37,267 nucleotides of DNA, taken from a virus (lineage: Duplodnaviria > Caudoviricetes). Below, in pieces: positions 28,256 to 36,800 of the stretch. Each line of letters begins with the position of its first letter. The stretch's first letter is position 1. Made by a program: the position numbers and the translations under genes. A model generated the notes under the pieces. The model saw nothing but the letters and a program-made list of their open reading frames with translations. It had not been told where the DNA came from and did no database searches. The stretch is from IMG/VR virus record IMGVR_UViG_3300037847_002157, positions 1-37,267 of that record; one strand, given 5' to 3'.

Positions 28256-28395
28256 ACGTGAAATGATATTCCTATTATGCCAATAAGTATTTGAAATAGA
28301 TGTTCTGTCTCATTTGAATCTATATCGTCCATCTTTGAATTCCAATAATTAAATCCAACACTAAACCCATAAATAGGGAAAATTTGTAAATACAT
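28240..28395 (-). CDS. Small hypothetical protein (51 aa)
   Basis: Hand-translated MYLQIFPIYGFSVGFNYWNS...ISFHVWRKE. Confidence 0.55.
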   Translation of the reverse strand: MYLQIFPIYGFSVGFNYWNSKMDDIDSNETEHLFQILIGIIGISFHVWRKE

Positions 28396-28396
28396 A

Positions 28397-28786
28397 TTAT
28401 AATTTAGTTATCATTACATCTAATCTAGGGAATTCTTTATCTATCCCCATATAACAAGAATTTACCTCCACAACAGTAGAAAGATCATCAGATTCTATAC
28501 ATCCTCTTTCAACCATTGCATCTTGAAAAAACTTATCTATTACTGATATTACATTCATTAAATCTCTTGTTCTTTTATCAGGAGCAAAATAAAAATATTC
28601 TATTTTAACTTTACCTGTTATTCTAAAATCTAATTTATCAAATACTTCACTTTTAAATCTACGCTTAATATCATTACTTACTTGATAGTGCCAATTACGA
28701 TAATTGTTTAAAGTTAACCATTTTCTTTTATTACTTCTATTCGTTATAAATAGAGGTAGCGATAATGTTATTATTTCTTTTTTCAT
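28397..28786 (-). CDS. rusA: RusA-like Holliday junction resolvase
   Basis: RTRDLMNV..KFFQDAMVERGCIESDD. Confidence 0.75.
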   Translation of the reverse strand: MKKEIITLSLPLFITNRSNKRKWLTLNNYRNWHYQVSNDIKRRFKSEVFDKLDFRITGKVKIEYFYFAPDKRTRDLMNVISVIDKFFQDAMVERGCIESDDLSTVVEVNSCYMGIDKEFPRLDVMITKL

Positions 28787-30491
28787 CTACTTTAGTAAAA
28801 GGTGTTACATTATTAAAATAATAACGTTGGTCCTTTATGTTAAATTCTATATCCGATATATCTTGTGGATATCCAACTAACTTTTGTTTCTTAATCTTCT
28901 GAGAACCAAATATAACACTTCTATCTGAAAAATCTACAGCTCTATTAGGTCTCCAAACATATAATAGATTATCACATTTATTGGCAAACTCACTACCACC
29001 CTTTACATAATTCACATCCGGTTTAGGATACCTACCGGTATCATCTCTTCTTGGAGTAACTTGATGTGCTACCAAATGTACAGAAACTTTATTATCTATT
29101 GCAAATCGTTTTAAATCTGCCATAAACCTAGATATATATAGATCTTCTCTTTCTCCGGATAACATTTTATGGTGAACTGTATTATATGGGTCTATTATTA
29201 AACTGTTAATACCTTTAGATCTAACAAGATGTTTAGCTCTATCAAATATAGTATCTAATAAAAAATGCTTACTAGGGTAAATAAGAAAGAAATGTTTCTC
29301 AGCAAATTCCATTCCCTGGTTTAATTCTTCTAATGACATTTGATGAGTATACTCTGGATTAGTAGATTTACCTATATACATCTCAATAATATCATTATAA
29401 AAATCTGTCATAGGCATATTTTCTGGTGAAAATACTGCAAACTTATGATTTTCAAATGCTGCCTTCAAAACACATAATTGATTTAAAAACATACTCTTAC
29501 CTTCATTCTGATATCCGGTCCAAACATTTACCTCTCCATTTCTCCATTTCCACGCTTGATCTACCTGCTCTATATAGGTTGTAGTCCCCATATCTTGACC
29601 TTTATGAAATCCATCTATAATATCATTCTTTACATCATCTAATGAAAAGACACCTTCTACTTTAGGCGTAATAGCGTTTTTTAAGCGTTCTAAGAGACTT
29701 TCTACTCCTTCCGATACCAATACCTCATTTGCGTCTTTAAAAGGGCTAAAATCGACTAATTTGCATTTCTCTACTCCTATTCTTCTAATTAACTCTTTTT
29801 CTAAATATCTTCCATTATCATCATTATCAGTTGCTATATACACACATTTAGCAGATTCAAAAACCTCATAACAATTATCTATACATTCTAATTTCTTATT
29901 TACACTCTTATCTGTTGTATTAGGTGCCCCCATATTAACTGATGTATGGGTAAATATACCGGCTACCTCCCAGGATAAAGAATCCATTTCTCCTTCACAT
30001 ATAACAATTGGAGTTTTATTTACTACTCCATCATAATTATAAATTATTGGTTCGGCATCTTTTGCCTGTGTAAAGAACTTACCATCAACACCTCTAGTTT
30101 TATAATTTATTATTTGACCTTCTCTTATATATGGGAATATAATTAGTTTGCCATTAGATGAACTTTTTATTTTATTATTCTTAATTACTTCATCTGTTAT
30201 TCCTCTCCCATTAAGAAACTTTCTAGCTTTACTAGTTAGTGATTTATGTTGATTAGTAAGGGGTAGTTTATATTGTTTATTGATTTCTTCCATTAACGTT
30301 GTTCTTTTTAAACTTCCGGTCCATCCACATTTATGACATAAAAAAACCCCTTCATCAGTATTAACTGACAAACATCTATCATTATAATGGGTTTTACCTA
30401 ACTTCTTACAATTAGGGCAAATTGTTTTAATCTGACCTAATCTATTATTTGGAAGCTCTATTCCTAATTCTTTTAGTTTATCTATACTCAT
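28737..30491 (-). CDS. Bifunctional primase-helicase (T7 gp4/Twinkle-like)
   Basis: Zn finger CPNC..CHKC; TOPRIM EGEMD, DNDDNG, KDANE; SF4 helicase GYQNEGKS, IIDPY, LVAHQ. Confidence 0.92.
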   Translation of the reverse strand: MSIDKLKELGIELPNNRLGQIKTICPNCKKLGKTHYNDRCLSVNTDEGVFLCHKCGWTGSLKRTTLMEEINKQYKLPLTNQHKSLTSKARKFLNGRGITDEVIKNNKIKSSSNGKLIIFPYIREGQIINYKTRGVDGKFFTQAKDAEPIIYNYDGVVNKTPIVICEGEMDSLSWEVAGIFTHTSVNMGAPNTTDKSVNKKLECIDNCYEVFESAKCVYIATDNDDNGRYLEKELIRRIGVEKCKLVDFSPFKDANEVLVSEGVESLLERLKNAITPKVEGVFSLDDVKNDIIDGFHKGQDMGTTTYIEQVDQAWKWRNGEVNVWTGYQNEGKSMFLNQLCVLKAAFENHKFAVFSPENMPMTDFYNDIIEMYIGKSTNPEYTHQMSLEELNQGMEFAEKHFFLIYPSKHFLLDTIFDRAKHLVRSKGINSLIIDPYNTVHHKMLSGEREDLYISRFMADLKRFAIDNKVSVHLVAHQVTPRRDDTGRYPKPDVNYVKGGSEFANKCDNLLYVWRPNRAVDFSDRSVIFGSQKIKKQKLVGYPQDISDIEFNIKDQRYYFNNVTPFTKVDEKRNNNIIATSIYNE

Positions 30492-30596
30492 AGTATATAG
30501 TACTGTATACTATTTTATTATTTATTAATATATAACTATATATATAATATATATATAACTATATACTTATATATCTGACATATTGGCACTTGGAGA
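30492..30596. promoter_or_regulatory. Putative replication origin: TA-rich tract next to a CCAAGTGCCA-ATATGTCA box
   Basis: Lies between the HTH gene 3' end and primase-helicase; near copy of 19008..19045. Confidence 0.55.
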
Positions 30597-30869
30597 AAGA
30601 GCAATAATCTTTCTTTCTTTACCATAGTTACCAATAGATTTTGTCTCTCTCTTTATTAGATTTTTATCTTCTAAACCATCTAATATTCGATATAATGTTC
30701 TCTCACTTACATTCAACGTATCAGCAAGTGATTTATTAGAAGCAAAGCAGTAAGGTTTTAAACCTCTACACAATGCTTTTATATGGGAGTATAAAACTCT
30801 CTCATTGTTGTTTAATCCTTCTATTTTTAAATCCACATTAACATATTTTACTTTATTCTTTTTTTCCAT
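30567..30869 (-). CDS. Winged-HTH protein, putative replication initiator/regulator
   Basis: LNNNERVLYSHI...YCFASNKSLADTLNVSERTLYRILDGLEDKNLI. Confidence 0.75.
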   Translation of the reverse strand: MEKKNKVKYVNVDLKIEGLNNNERVLYSHIKALCRGLKPYCFASNKSLADTLNVSERTLYRILDGLEDKNLIKRETKSIGNYGKERKIIALSPSANMSDI

Positions 30870-30880
30870 AAATCTAAGTT

Positions 30881-30910
30881 AAAAAAGGGGGAACTTTCGA
30901 ACCCCCTTTT
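30881..30910 (-). terminator. Intrinsic terminator, possibly bidirectional
   Basis: AAAAGGGGG...CCCCCTTTT hairpin with A/T tracts on both sides. Confidence 0.75.
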
Positions 30911-30918
30911 ATAGGTTA

Positions 30919-31185
30919 CTAAAATGGTAAATCTACCTCCTGTACATTATCTTCAGCCTTAGCTTTAGCTTTAGCAGGATCCGGTTTGTAATCATTAATC
31001 CAAACGCTATGGGTTCTACCATATTCGCTTGTTTCTTTTAATGCTCCAACAGTAAGCTTTACATAATGCTCACCATTGTATTCAAACCAATTACCTTCTA
31101 ATGCACTTTTCTTAATAGATAAGTTTATTAAATCGTAGTTACCTACTTTTGTGCCGTTACCGACAAATTTTCTATTTTTTTCCAT
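30919..31185 (-). CDS. Putative single-stranded DNA-binding protein
   Basis: 88 aa, acidic tail ending DLPF, next to ERF. Confidence 0.65.
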   Translation of the reverse strand: MEKNRKFVGNGTKVGNYDLINLSIKKSALEGNWFEYNGEHYVKLTVGALKETSEYGRTHSVWINDYKPDPAKAKAKAEDNVQEVDLPF

Positions 31186-31189
31186 AATA

Positions 31190-31741
31190 TTAATTTACTA
31201 ATAATTCTGCTACTTCTTGTGGTACTGTGTACTTCTTTCTTATATCAGTCAAGGAGAAGCCCTCTTGTAATGCTTTTTTGGCATTATTAAACTGTATAGA
31301 ATCTTTCTGTAGAGTTGGCTTGTTACTTTTTACTCCTACAGACTTTTTGTTATGGGTATTAGTTGCATCAGCATCTTTTGTGTCGTCTATTAAAAATAAA
31401 CCATTAAGAGCATATTTTCTAGCATAACTACTAGATGCTCCAAAAGATTGTGCTATATCCATACCTTTCTTATTAGGATTTATACCGGCTTGTGCCTTAA
31501 CCCCAATACTCTTTTCGCCATCAGTTATAACGGCTGTTGCCTGGATAAAATATATATCCCCTAACTGAATTGTCTCATCTGTTAAATTTACTGTTAAATT
31601 GTGTTGTGTGAGTAACGGCTTAACAGCTTCTAAGATGTCCTCACAGCTCCGATAGTTATAATTACCAAAACTGTTCCTTTGATTTTTAGGTGCCTTCAGT
31701 CTCCCCTGAATATCAACTAATTTATCGTTTAATGATTTCAT
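31190..31741 (-). CDS. erf: ERF-family single-strand annealing protein
   Basis: LKAPKNQRNSFGNYNYRSCEDIL, QSFGASSSYARKYALNGLFLIDD..DAD. Confidence 0.9.
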   Translation of the reverse strand: MKSLNDKLVDIQGRLKAPKNQRNSFGNYNYRSCEDILEAVKPLLTQHNLTVNLTDETIQLGDIYFIQATAVITDGEKSIGVKAQAGINPNKKGMDIAQSFGASSSYARKYALNGLFLIDDTKDADATNTHNKKSVGVKSNKPTLQKDSIQFNNAKKALQEGFSLTDIRKKYTVPQEVAELLVN

Positions 31742-31746
31742 ATAAA

Positions 31747-31778
31747 CAAAAATATAATATTATTGTGCAACTGCCAAA
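31747..31778 (-). promoter_or_regulatory. Host-type promoter overlapping a GCAACTGCCA box
   Basis: Minus strand TTTG-N20-TATTTTTG just upstream of the erf ATG. Confidence 0.65.
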
Positions 31779-31807
31779 AAAAAGAGGAAGTATTTCTACC
31801 TCCTCTT
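31776..31807 (-). terminator. Intrinsic terminator ending the lysis cluster / candidate sRNA
   Basis: Minus strand AAGAGGAGGTA-GAAA-TACTTCCTCTT plus U tract. Confidence 0.8.
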
Positions 31808-31863
31808 AATAAAGATAAACTCAAGGTTTATGAAACAAAAGAATGTTATGGTATACAAATATA

Positions 31864-32001
31864 CTACTTTCTTCCTTGTCCTCTATATTTTTTTCTATAA
31901 TTTTTAGATGTTTTTAGTCTAGAAGTTTTAGACTTACTGTGGGTGTCTTTTCTTTTAACTTTTTTCTTTTCTCTATATACAAATACCGGTCCTCTAGCCA
32001 T
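31864..32001 (-). CDS. Small very basic protein ending KKYRGQGRK (45 aa)
   Basis: Hand-translated; TAATG coupling; the YRGQG tail recurs in small phage proteins. Confidence 0.65.
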   Translation of the reverse strand: MARGPVFVYREKKKVKRKDTHSKSKTSRLKTSKNYRKKYRGQGRK

Positions 32002-32423
32002 TATTTATGCTTGTTGTTACCAAATACTTTCTCTACACCTCTTGATCCAAAATATCCTCCAATAACAATTGATAATAATCCGGTTATTGAATCTAAAGGA
32101 TACCCTAAATACCATCCTATAATATAAGAAATAGTAAGAAAAACCAAGACTAATGGGCGAACATTAGAGGCTAACCAATTACCGGACCTAGCATCTGCAA
32201 CCCACCTTCTGGTTGTGCCATCTATTTCCGCTCTTTCCAATCTTAATTTTTCTAAAGCTATTTCTTTATCTTCAGAACTCATTTCAGACCCACCTATAAT
32301 AGCCTGTATAACATTTCCTGCAAGACTATTACCTGCAACTGCCTCTACTACATTAGGTATTTTATTAAGTAGAAACTGACCTACCTGTGTATCCTTAAAT
32401 TTCTTTTTAGTATTGGTTGACAT
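32001..32423 (-). CDS. Holin (GTA/3TM-like)
   Basis: RWVAD..WLASNVRPL, two TM segments, GGYFGSRGVEK. Confidence 0.75.
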   Translation of the reverse strand: MSTNTKKKFKDTQVGQFLLNKIPNVVEAVAGNSLAGNVIQAIIGGSEMSSEDKEIALEKLRLERAEIDGTTRRWVADARSGNWLASNVRPLVLVFLTISYIIGWYLGYPLDSITGLLSIVIGGYFGSRGVEKVFGNNKHK

Positions 32424-32574
32424 AAGTTATATATAATTTTTGTGCTAATAATATTTCATTTTGGTTATCCACACATATATCTTGAGTCATCTCTCGATAT
32501 TTAATCAACCTCTCGTTTCTTGCACTTGCACAACTCATCATCATTGCAACAAGTAGTATTGTTATTATTCTCAT
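32407..32574 (-). CDS. Small lipoprotein (spanin-like candidate, 55 aa)
   Basis: Hand-translated MRIITILLVAMMMS-CASARNE..., lipobox-like Cys15. Confidence 0.55.
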   Translation of the reverse strand: MRIITILLVAMMMSCASARNERLIKYREMTQDICVDNQNEILLAQKLYITYVNQY

Positions 32575-32683
32575 AGCGTTTGTTTGTTTGTAGAAGTAAA
32601 ACTTCTGTTAGTTTGTCGATACTTTTTCGTATCTCTTTTAGTTCGTTTCTTAATCCGTTGGATTTAATCTTTATTTCAGCCAT
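32501..32683 (-). CDS. Hypothetical coiled-coil protein
   Basis: 60 aa ORF in the lysis cluster. Confidence 0.5.
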   Translation of the reverse strand: MAEIKIKSNGLRNELKEIRKSIDKLTEVLLLQTNKRYENNNNTTCCNDDELCKCKKREVD

Positions 32684-32701
32684 AATGTATTACCTACTGT
32701 A

Positions 32702-33061
32702 TTAGTATGTCCATATGACATCGGAGACTTTACTAGGGTCGTTGTCAACGTGGATGAATGAATTAGCCACTCCGATTCTGTTAAATCCGGCATCAAGGAG
32801 GGCTTTAATAATAATACACCTATCTTTTCCTGAACTACAGGCAATATCAGCAGCGTGTCCTTTTGTATGGGCAGAGTCTGGCACTCCACCAACCTTAGCG
32901 TTATGCTCTTTACTTCTGTATCCACTTGTGATTTTAAAACTGATTCCTGCATATTCTCTTGCAATATCGAGTTTGGCAAGAAAGTCCCTATCCATATTAA
33001 CACCTGAATTAGGTAGATCAGGAGAGTCAAATTCCGAGAGAGTAAAGTAGTTAAGGTTCAT
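32702..33061 (-). CDS. Endolysin, peptidase M15A-type
   Basis: ITSGYRS..HN..VGG...SAHTKGHAADI...FIHVD Zn-peptidase motifs. Confidence 0.9.
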   Translation of the reverse strand: MNLNYFTLSEFDSPDLPNSGVNMDRDFLAKLDIAREYAGISFKITSGYRSKEHNAKVGGVPDSAHTKGHAADIACSSGKDRCIIIKALLDAGFNRIGVANSFIHVDNDPSKVSDVIWTY

Positions 33062-33213
33062 ACGAATATACTATATATTAATTTCCACAAGATAAAAAAT
33101 ATAACAATACCTATTGCTATAATCTTACCTTTATCAAATATCCTATCACTATTCCAATTAGTGACAGCATAACTTATTACACTATACTTTATTTGATTCC
33201 AATATTTTTTCAT
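33058..33213 (-). CDS. Small membrane protein (51 aa)
   Basis: Hand-translated, C-terminal TM IIAIGIVIFFILWKLIYSIFV; ATGA coupling to endolysin. Confidence 0.55.
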   Translation of the reverse strand: MKKYWNQIKYSVISYAVTNWNSDRIFDKGKIIAIGIVIFFILWKLIYSIFV

Positions 33214-33215
33214 TA

Positions 33216-33296
33216 TTATTTATTTAGGTGGCTGCCATCACAATAGCCTTCGCTATGTTGAGTATTGCCACATTGACATTTAGGTTTATTTTCCAT
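33216..33296 (-). CDS. 26-aa CDGSH iron-sulfur motif micro-protein
   Basis: Hand-translated MENKPKCQCGNTQHSEGYCDGSHLNK; fills the intergenic gap exactly. Confidence 0.7.
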   Translation of the reverse strand: MENKPKCQCGNTQHSEGYCDGSHLNK

Positions 33297-33301
33297 TTCT
33301 A

Positions 33302-33718
33302 TTACTTTTTATTTAAGGTTTTTCTAGCCATATATCTGTCATCGTGTTCTAACGCTGCCTTCAATATGATCTTATCCATTACATTATCTTGATTCTCTAA
33401 CATTTGTTTTTGTAGGTCAATAACCATCTTTTCTAAATCATCTTTAGCTTTTACTAATAAATCTATTTGGTTATTTTTCTTTTCTACTTCATTCTTTAGA
33501 GCTGTAACATCATCAGGTTTAGCACCTGTAATTGTGCTTACTACAATACCAATACTCGCAGAGATAGTTCCGATCAACATCATCACAACCTCTTTATTAG
33601 TATCTAATACCGGAAATTGTATAAGTGCAACTATAATACCTATAACAAATAGGAATATAAATAAACTACCTACATAATGTCTGATCTCTTTCGCAACTCC
33701 GTTTCTTGGTAAATTCAT
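33302..33718 (-). CDS. Two-TM membrane protein with coiled-coil tail
   Basis: Two hydrophobic helices then heptad repeats; in lysis cluster. Confidence 0.65.
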   Translation of the reverse strand: MNLPRNGVAKEIRHYVGSLFIFLFVIGIIVALIQFPVLDTNKEVVMMLIGTISASIGIVVSTITGAKPDDVTALKNEVEKKNNQIDLLVKAKDDLEKMVIDLQKQMLENQDNVMDKIILKAALEHDDRYMARKTLNKK

Positions 33719-33855
33719 TTGACTTTTTTATAAATTGATATTATGGTATATGCTATAGCTAACAATAAAGATATAGCTTGTAAAAAAGGGTTTATCGCAC
33801 TAACACTAAAAGCTAATGCTATTAAGTTTATTCCGTATATCTTCAAATCTTCCAT
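33715..33855 (-). CDS. Small holin-like membrane protein
   Basis: Start MEDLKIYG at 33855; two short TM segments and a basic tail. Confidence 0.55.
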   Translation of the reverse strand: MEDLKIYGINLIALAFSVSAINPFLQAISLLLAIAYTIISIYKKVK

Positions 33856-33856
33856 C

Positions 33857-36800
33857 TTATTTAAATGCCATATATATGTATGTACCTCCACTTGCATTCA
33901 AAGTTGATTCAGCATCTTTTAATTGAAAGCCATTACTTAAAAAATCAACATCAAAACCTGTTATTTCTGCACTACTTAAGTTAGGTGAAAGCCCTTTTGT
34001 TCTTGTATTTGAAGTGTCTCTTTGACTATCCCATATAACCCATCTTGCATCTGCATCTGTTCTTTTTACCATTAAAAATCTTGGCTCAAATCCTGAACCT
34101 GCAAAAGTTACTATAGGTCCTGTTGTACTTCCATTTCCATCATATGTTCCTATTTCACTATGTCCTGTAACTGAATACCAACAATATGCTATAAAGTTTC
34201 CTGCACCACCTGTAGCACCACTTGCACCTCTTACAGAAAATACAGTTGATGTAGGGTCTGTACTATTAAAATATGTTGCTGTAGAAGATTGTGCATCTGT
34301 ATCTAAACGTAATACTTTTGTAAAATCATTAGCTACAGTTTCTCCTACAACCCATTCAGCACTTGTATCTAATCTCTTGACAAAAATAATTTGAGGGGGA
34401 TTTGAAAGTCCGTGCCCAATCGTAGCATCAGAACCTGTACCTGTATATTTTACAATAGAAAATCCTGCTGCATCGTTTACTGATACTATGCTTTCTAAAG
34501 TAGAACCTCCACTACTTCCCTCTGTGTTTATTTGTGGTAAGTTGTCATCGTGGTCTCCTGCTTTCCAAGCCCAAGCAACATATTCTCCCCCTGACCTATT
34601 AACCCACCATTCAGCATCACTTGACAAAGAAAAGCCATTATCATTAAATGAAGTTATAACATTGGATGTAAAAGTAGTATCTGCATTTGTTCCATCAGGT
34701 CTTATCACTTGTGAAGAACCTCTTATAGTATCAAATAATGGACTACTTATGTTACTTTGATTCCTGTGCTTTATCCATAACAAGTCAGGTTTAAAATCCA
34801 TTTCAATATCCTGTGCTGCATTTGTCCCTGTATAAGTAACAACATCAAAGCTATTCTCTACTGTTGGAGTAGTAGTATCAGGGTCTGCTGCTATTGCAAG
34901 GTAGATGTAATCTACTCCATTACCATTTGTGCCATCTCCTAAAGTTCCATTTAATTTAAAACCATTAGATAAAAAATCAACTGAATGCACACTTCCATCA
35001 TCTTCAGCAGCGCTACTATCAGCCATTAATCTATTATCTCTTGGATTTGCAACATCTCTCTTATTATCTAATAAAAACCAAGGTTCAGCATTAGAGCTAG
35101 ACTTAATCATTAAAAAAGCAGGTTCAAATCCTGTTTCAACAAAGTTGCCTTCAGAATTTCCTGTACCCTGATATGTACCTATTTTTTGGTAACCTGCTAC
35201 ATCGTGAAAGCAATATGCTATAAAATCATCTCCACTACTGTTAGTGTCGCCTATTGTTCCTAAAGAAAATACACTTGAAGTAGGGTCTGTTTCATTCCAA
35301 AAAGTACCACTACCATACCCATCTTGTGATGGAGTTTTTGCAGCATCGGAAGAATGTAATTTTAAATATTTTGTATTACCTGTAGTTGAAGTATATACAG
35401 ACCAATTACCACCTGTTGTAGTTCTTCTTTTTACAATTATAAGAGTAGGGGGATTTGAAAGTCCGTGAGTTACAGTACCATTACTACCACTCCCTGTGTA
35501 TTTTACAATACTAAATCCTGAATCTGTGTTTGCTTTATAAGCAACATTAGTAATACTTCCTGTACCTGTTCCACTTGTTTCACTTCCACTACCTGCGTTA
35601 AAGCACCAAGCAACATAGGTTTGCGAACTTTGATTTACTCCAGCATTATTACCAACTGTAAATCCATTTGAGTCAAAAGAAGTTAATACTGTACTATAAG
35701 TGCCTTCTGCTCCTGTTGTACTTGGACTGATGTATTTTTGAACACCCCTAACTGAATCAAAAGCAGCGTGGTCAATAGTAAAAGACCTACCTTTTATCCA
35801 CACCAAATCAGGTTGAAATTTTGTAGCTTCTTGGTAAGTTACATTTGATGGAGTTCCATCATAATCATAAGTTACATTAGTTGCTGCTCCATCATATAAC
35901 TGTTGTTCATCTCTTGCATCTCCATTTAGCTTGTAGTATGCTTTTAAATTATCTGTTGGAATAGATGCAGTTGTATTGTTATATATATATCCTACTTCTG
36001 TTGCAGTTAATACATCTGTATATATTCTTAAATCATCATAATGAGCTGCATCATTATATCCTGTTGCGTGATCCCAATGGCCTATATAAAATGAATTAGA
36101 ATTATTAAGGAAATTACCGCTAGGCGTACCTGAATTTGTATTGTCATTATGTGTAAAAGAAGATCCGTTTATATAAAATTTTACTTTATCAGCTAAAGCA
36201 GATTGCGTATTATCTAATGTTATTGTTACATGCCTCCACTCATTTAATACAACTGCATTTGCTGATGTTTTTCTATAAAACCATCCTGATCCAGCATATA
36301 AGCCTATTTCTAATGAATAATCAGTATTTCTACTAACATTAAAAAATCCATTAGCAAAACTAGTTGTGTAATTAGAAAATAAAACTTCATAAGTAGCACC
36401 TGAAGGAGCGGCTGTTGGTTTATACCAAAACGCAAAAGATAATTGATTATTTGCCCAAGTACTTGATGTTCCTAAATTTATTTTACTATTACTCCCATTA
36501 AATATAGCAGCACTTCCATACTTACCACTTGCACCTCCTGTATCATTTGCATTACCATCTAGTTGGTATAAAGCAACTCCTGAATTATCATTAAATATAT
36601 CCGTAGTAGATATTGTAGTAGATGCAAATGTTTCTCCATTTAGAGTAGTTATTTCTGAAGTTGATAATGCTTTATTAAAAAATCTAAATTGATCCATTTT
36701 ACCATTAAAATGACCATAAGTTCCGAATGAACCTCTTCTGTTTCCTAATGTTTGTAAGTGTTGTCCTCTGTAAACTACATTTGCTCCAAGAGTTCTTGAC

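Noticed and set aside
783-35468. All plus-strand ORFs in the track (e.g. 783..1034, 7700..7924, 23331..23753, 26243..26602, 32715..33050, 34488..34760)
   Set aside because: Antisense shadows of well-supported minus-strand genes, with low-complexity S/F/L-rich translations and no motifs.
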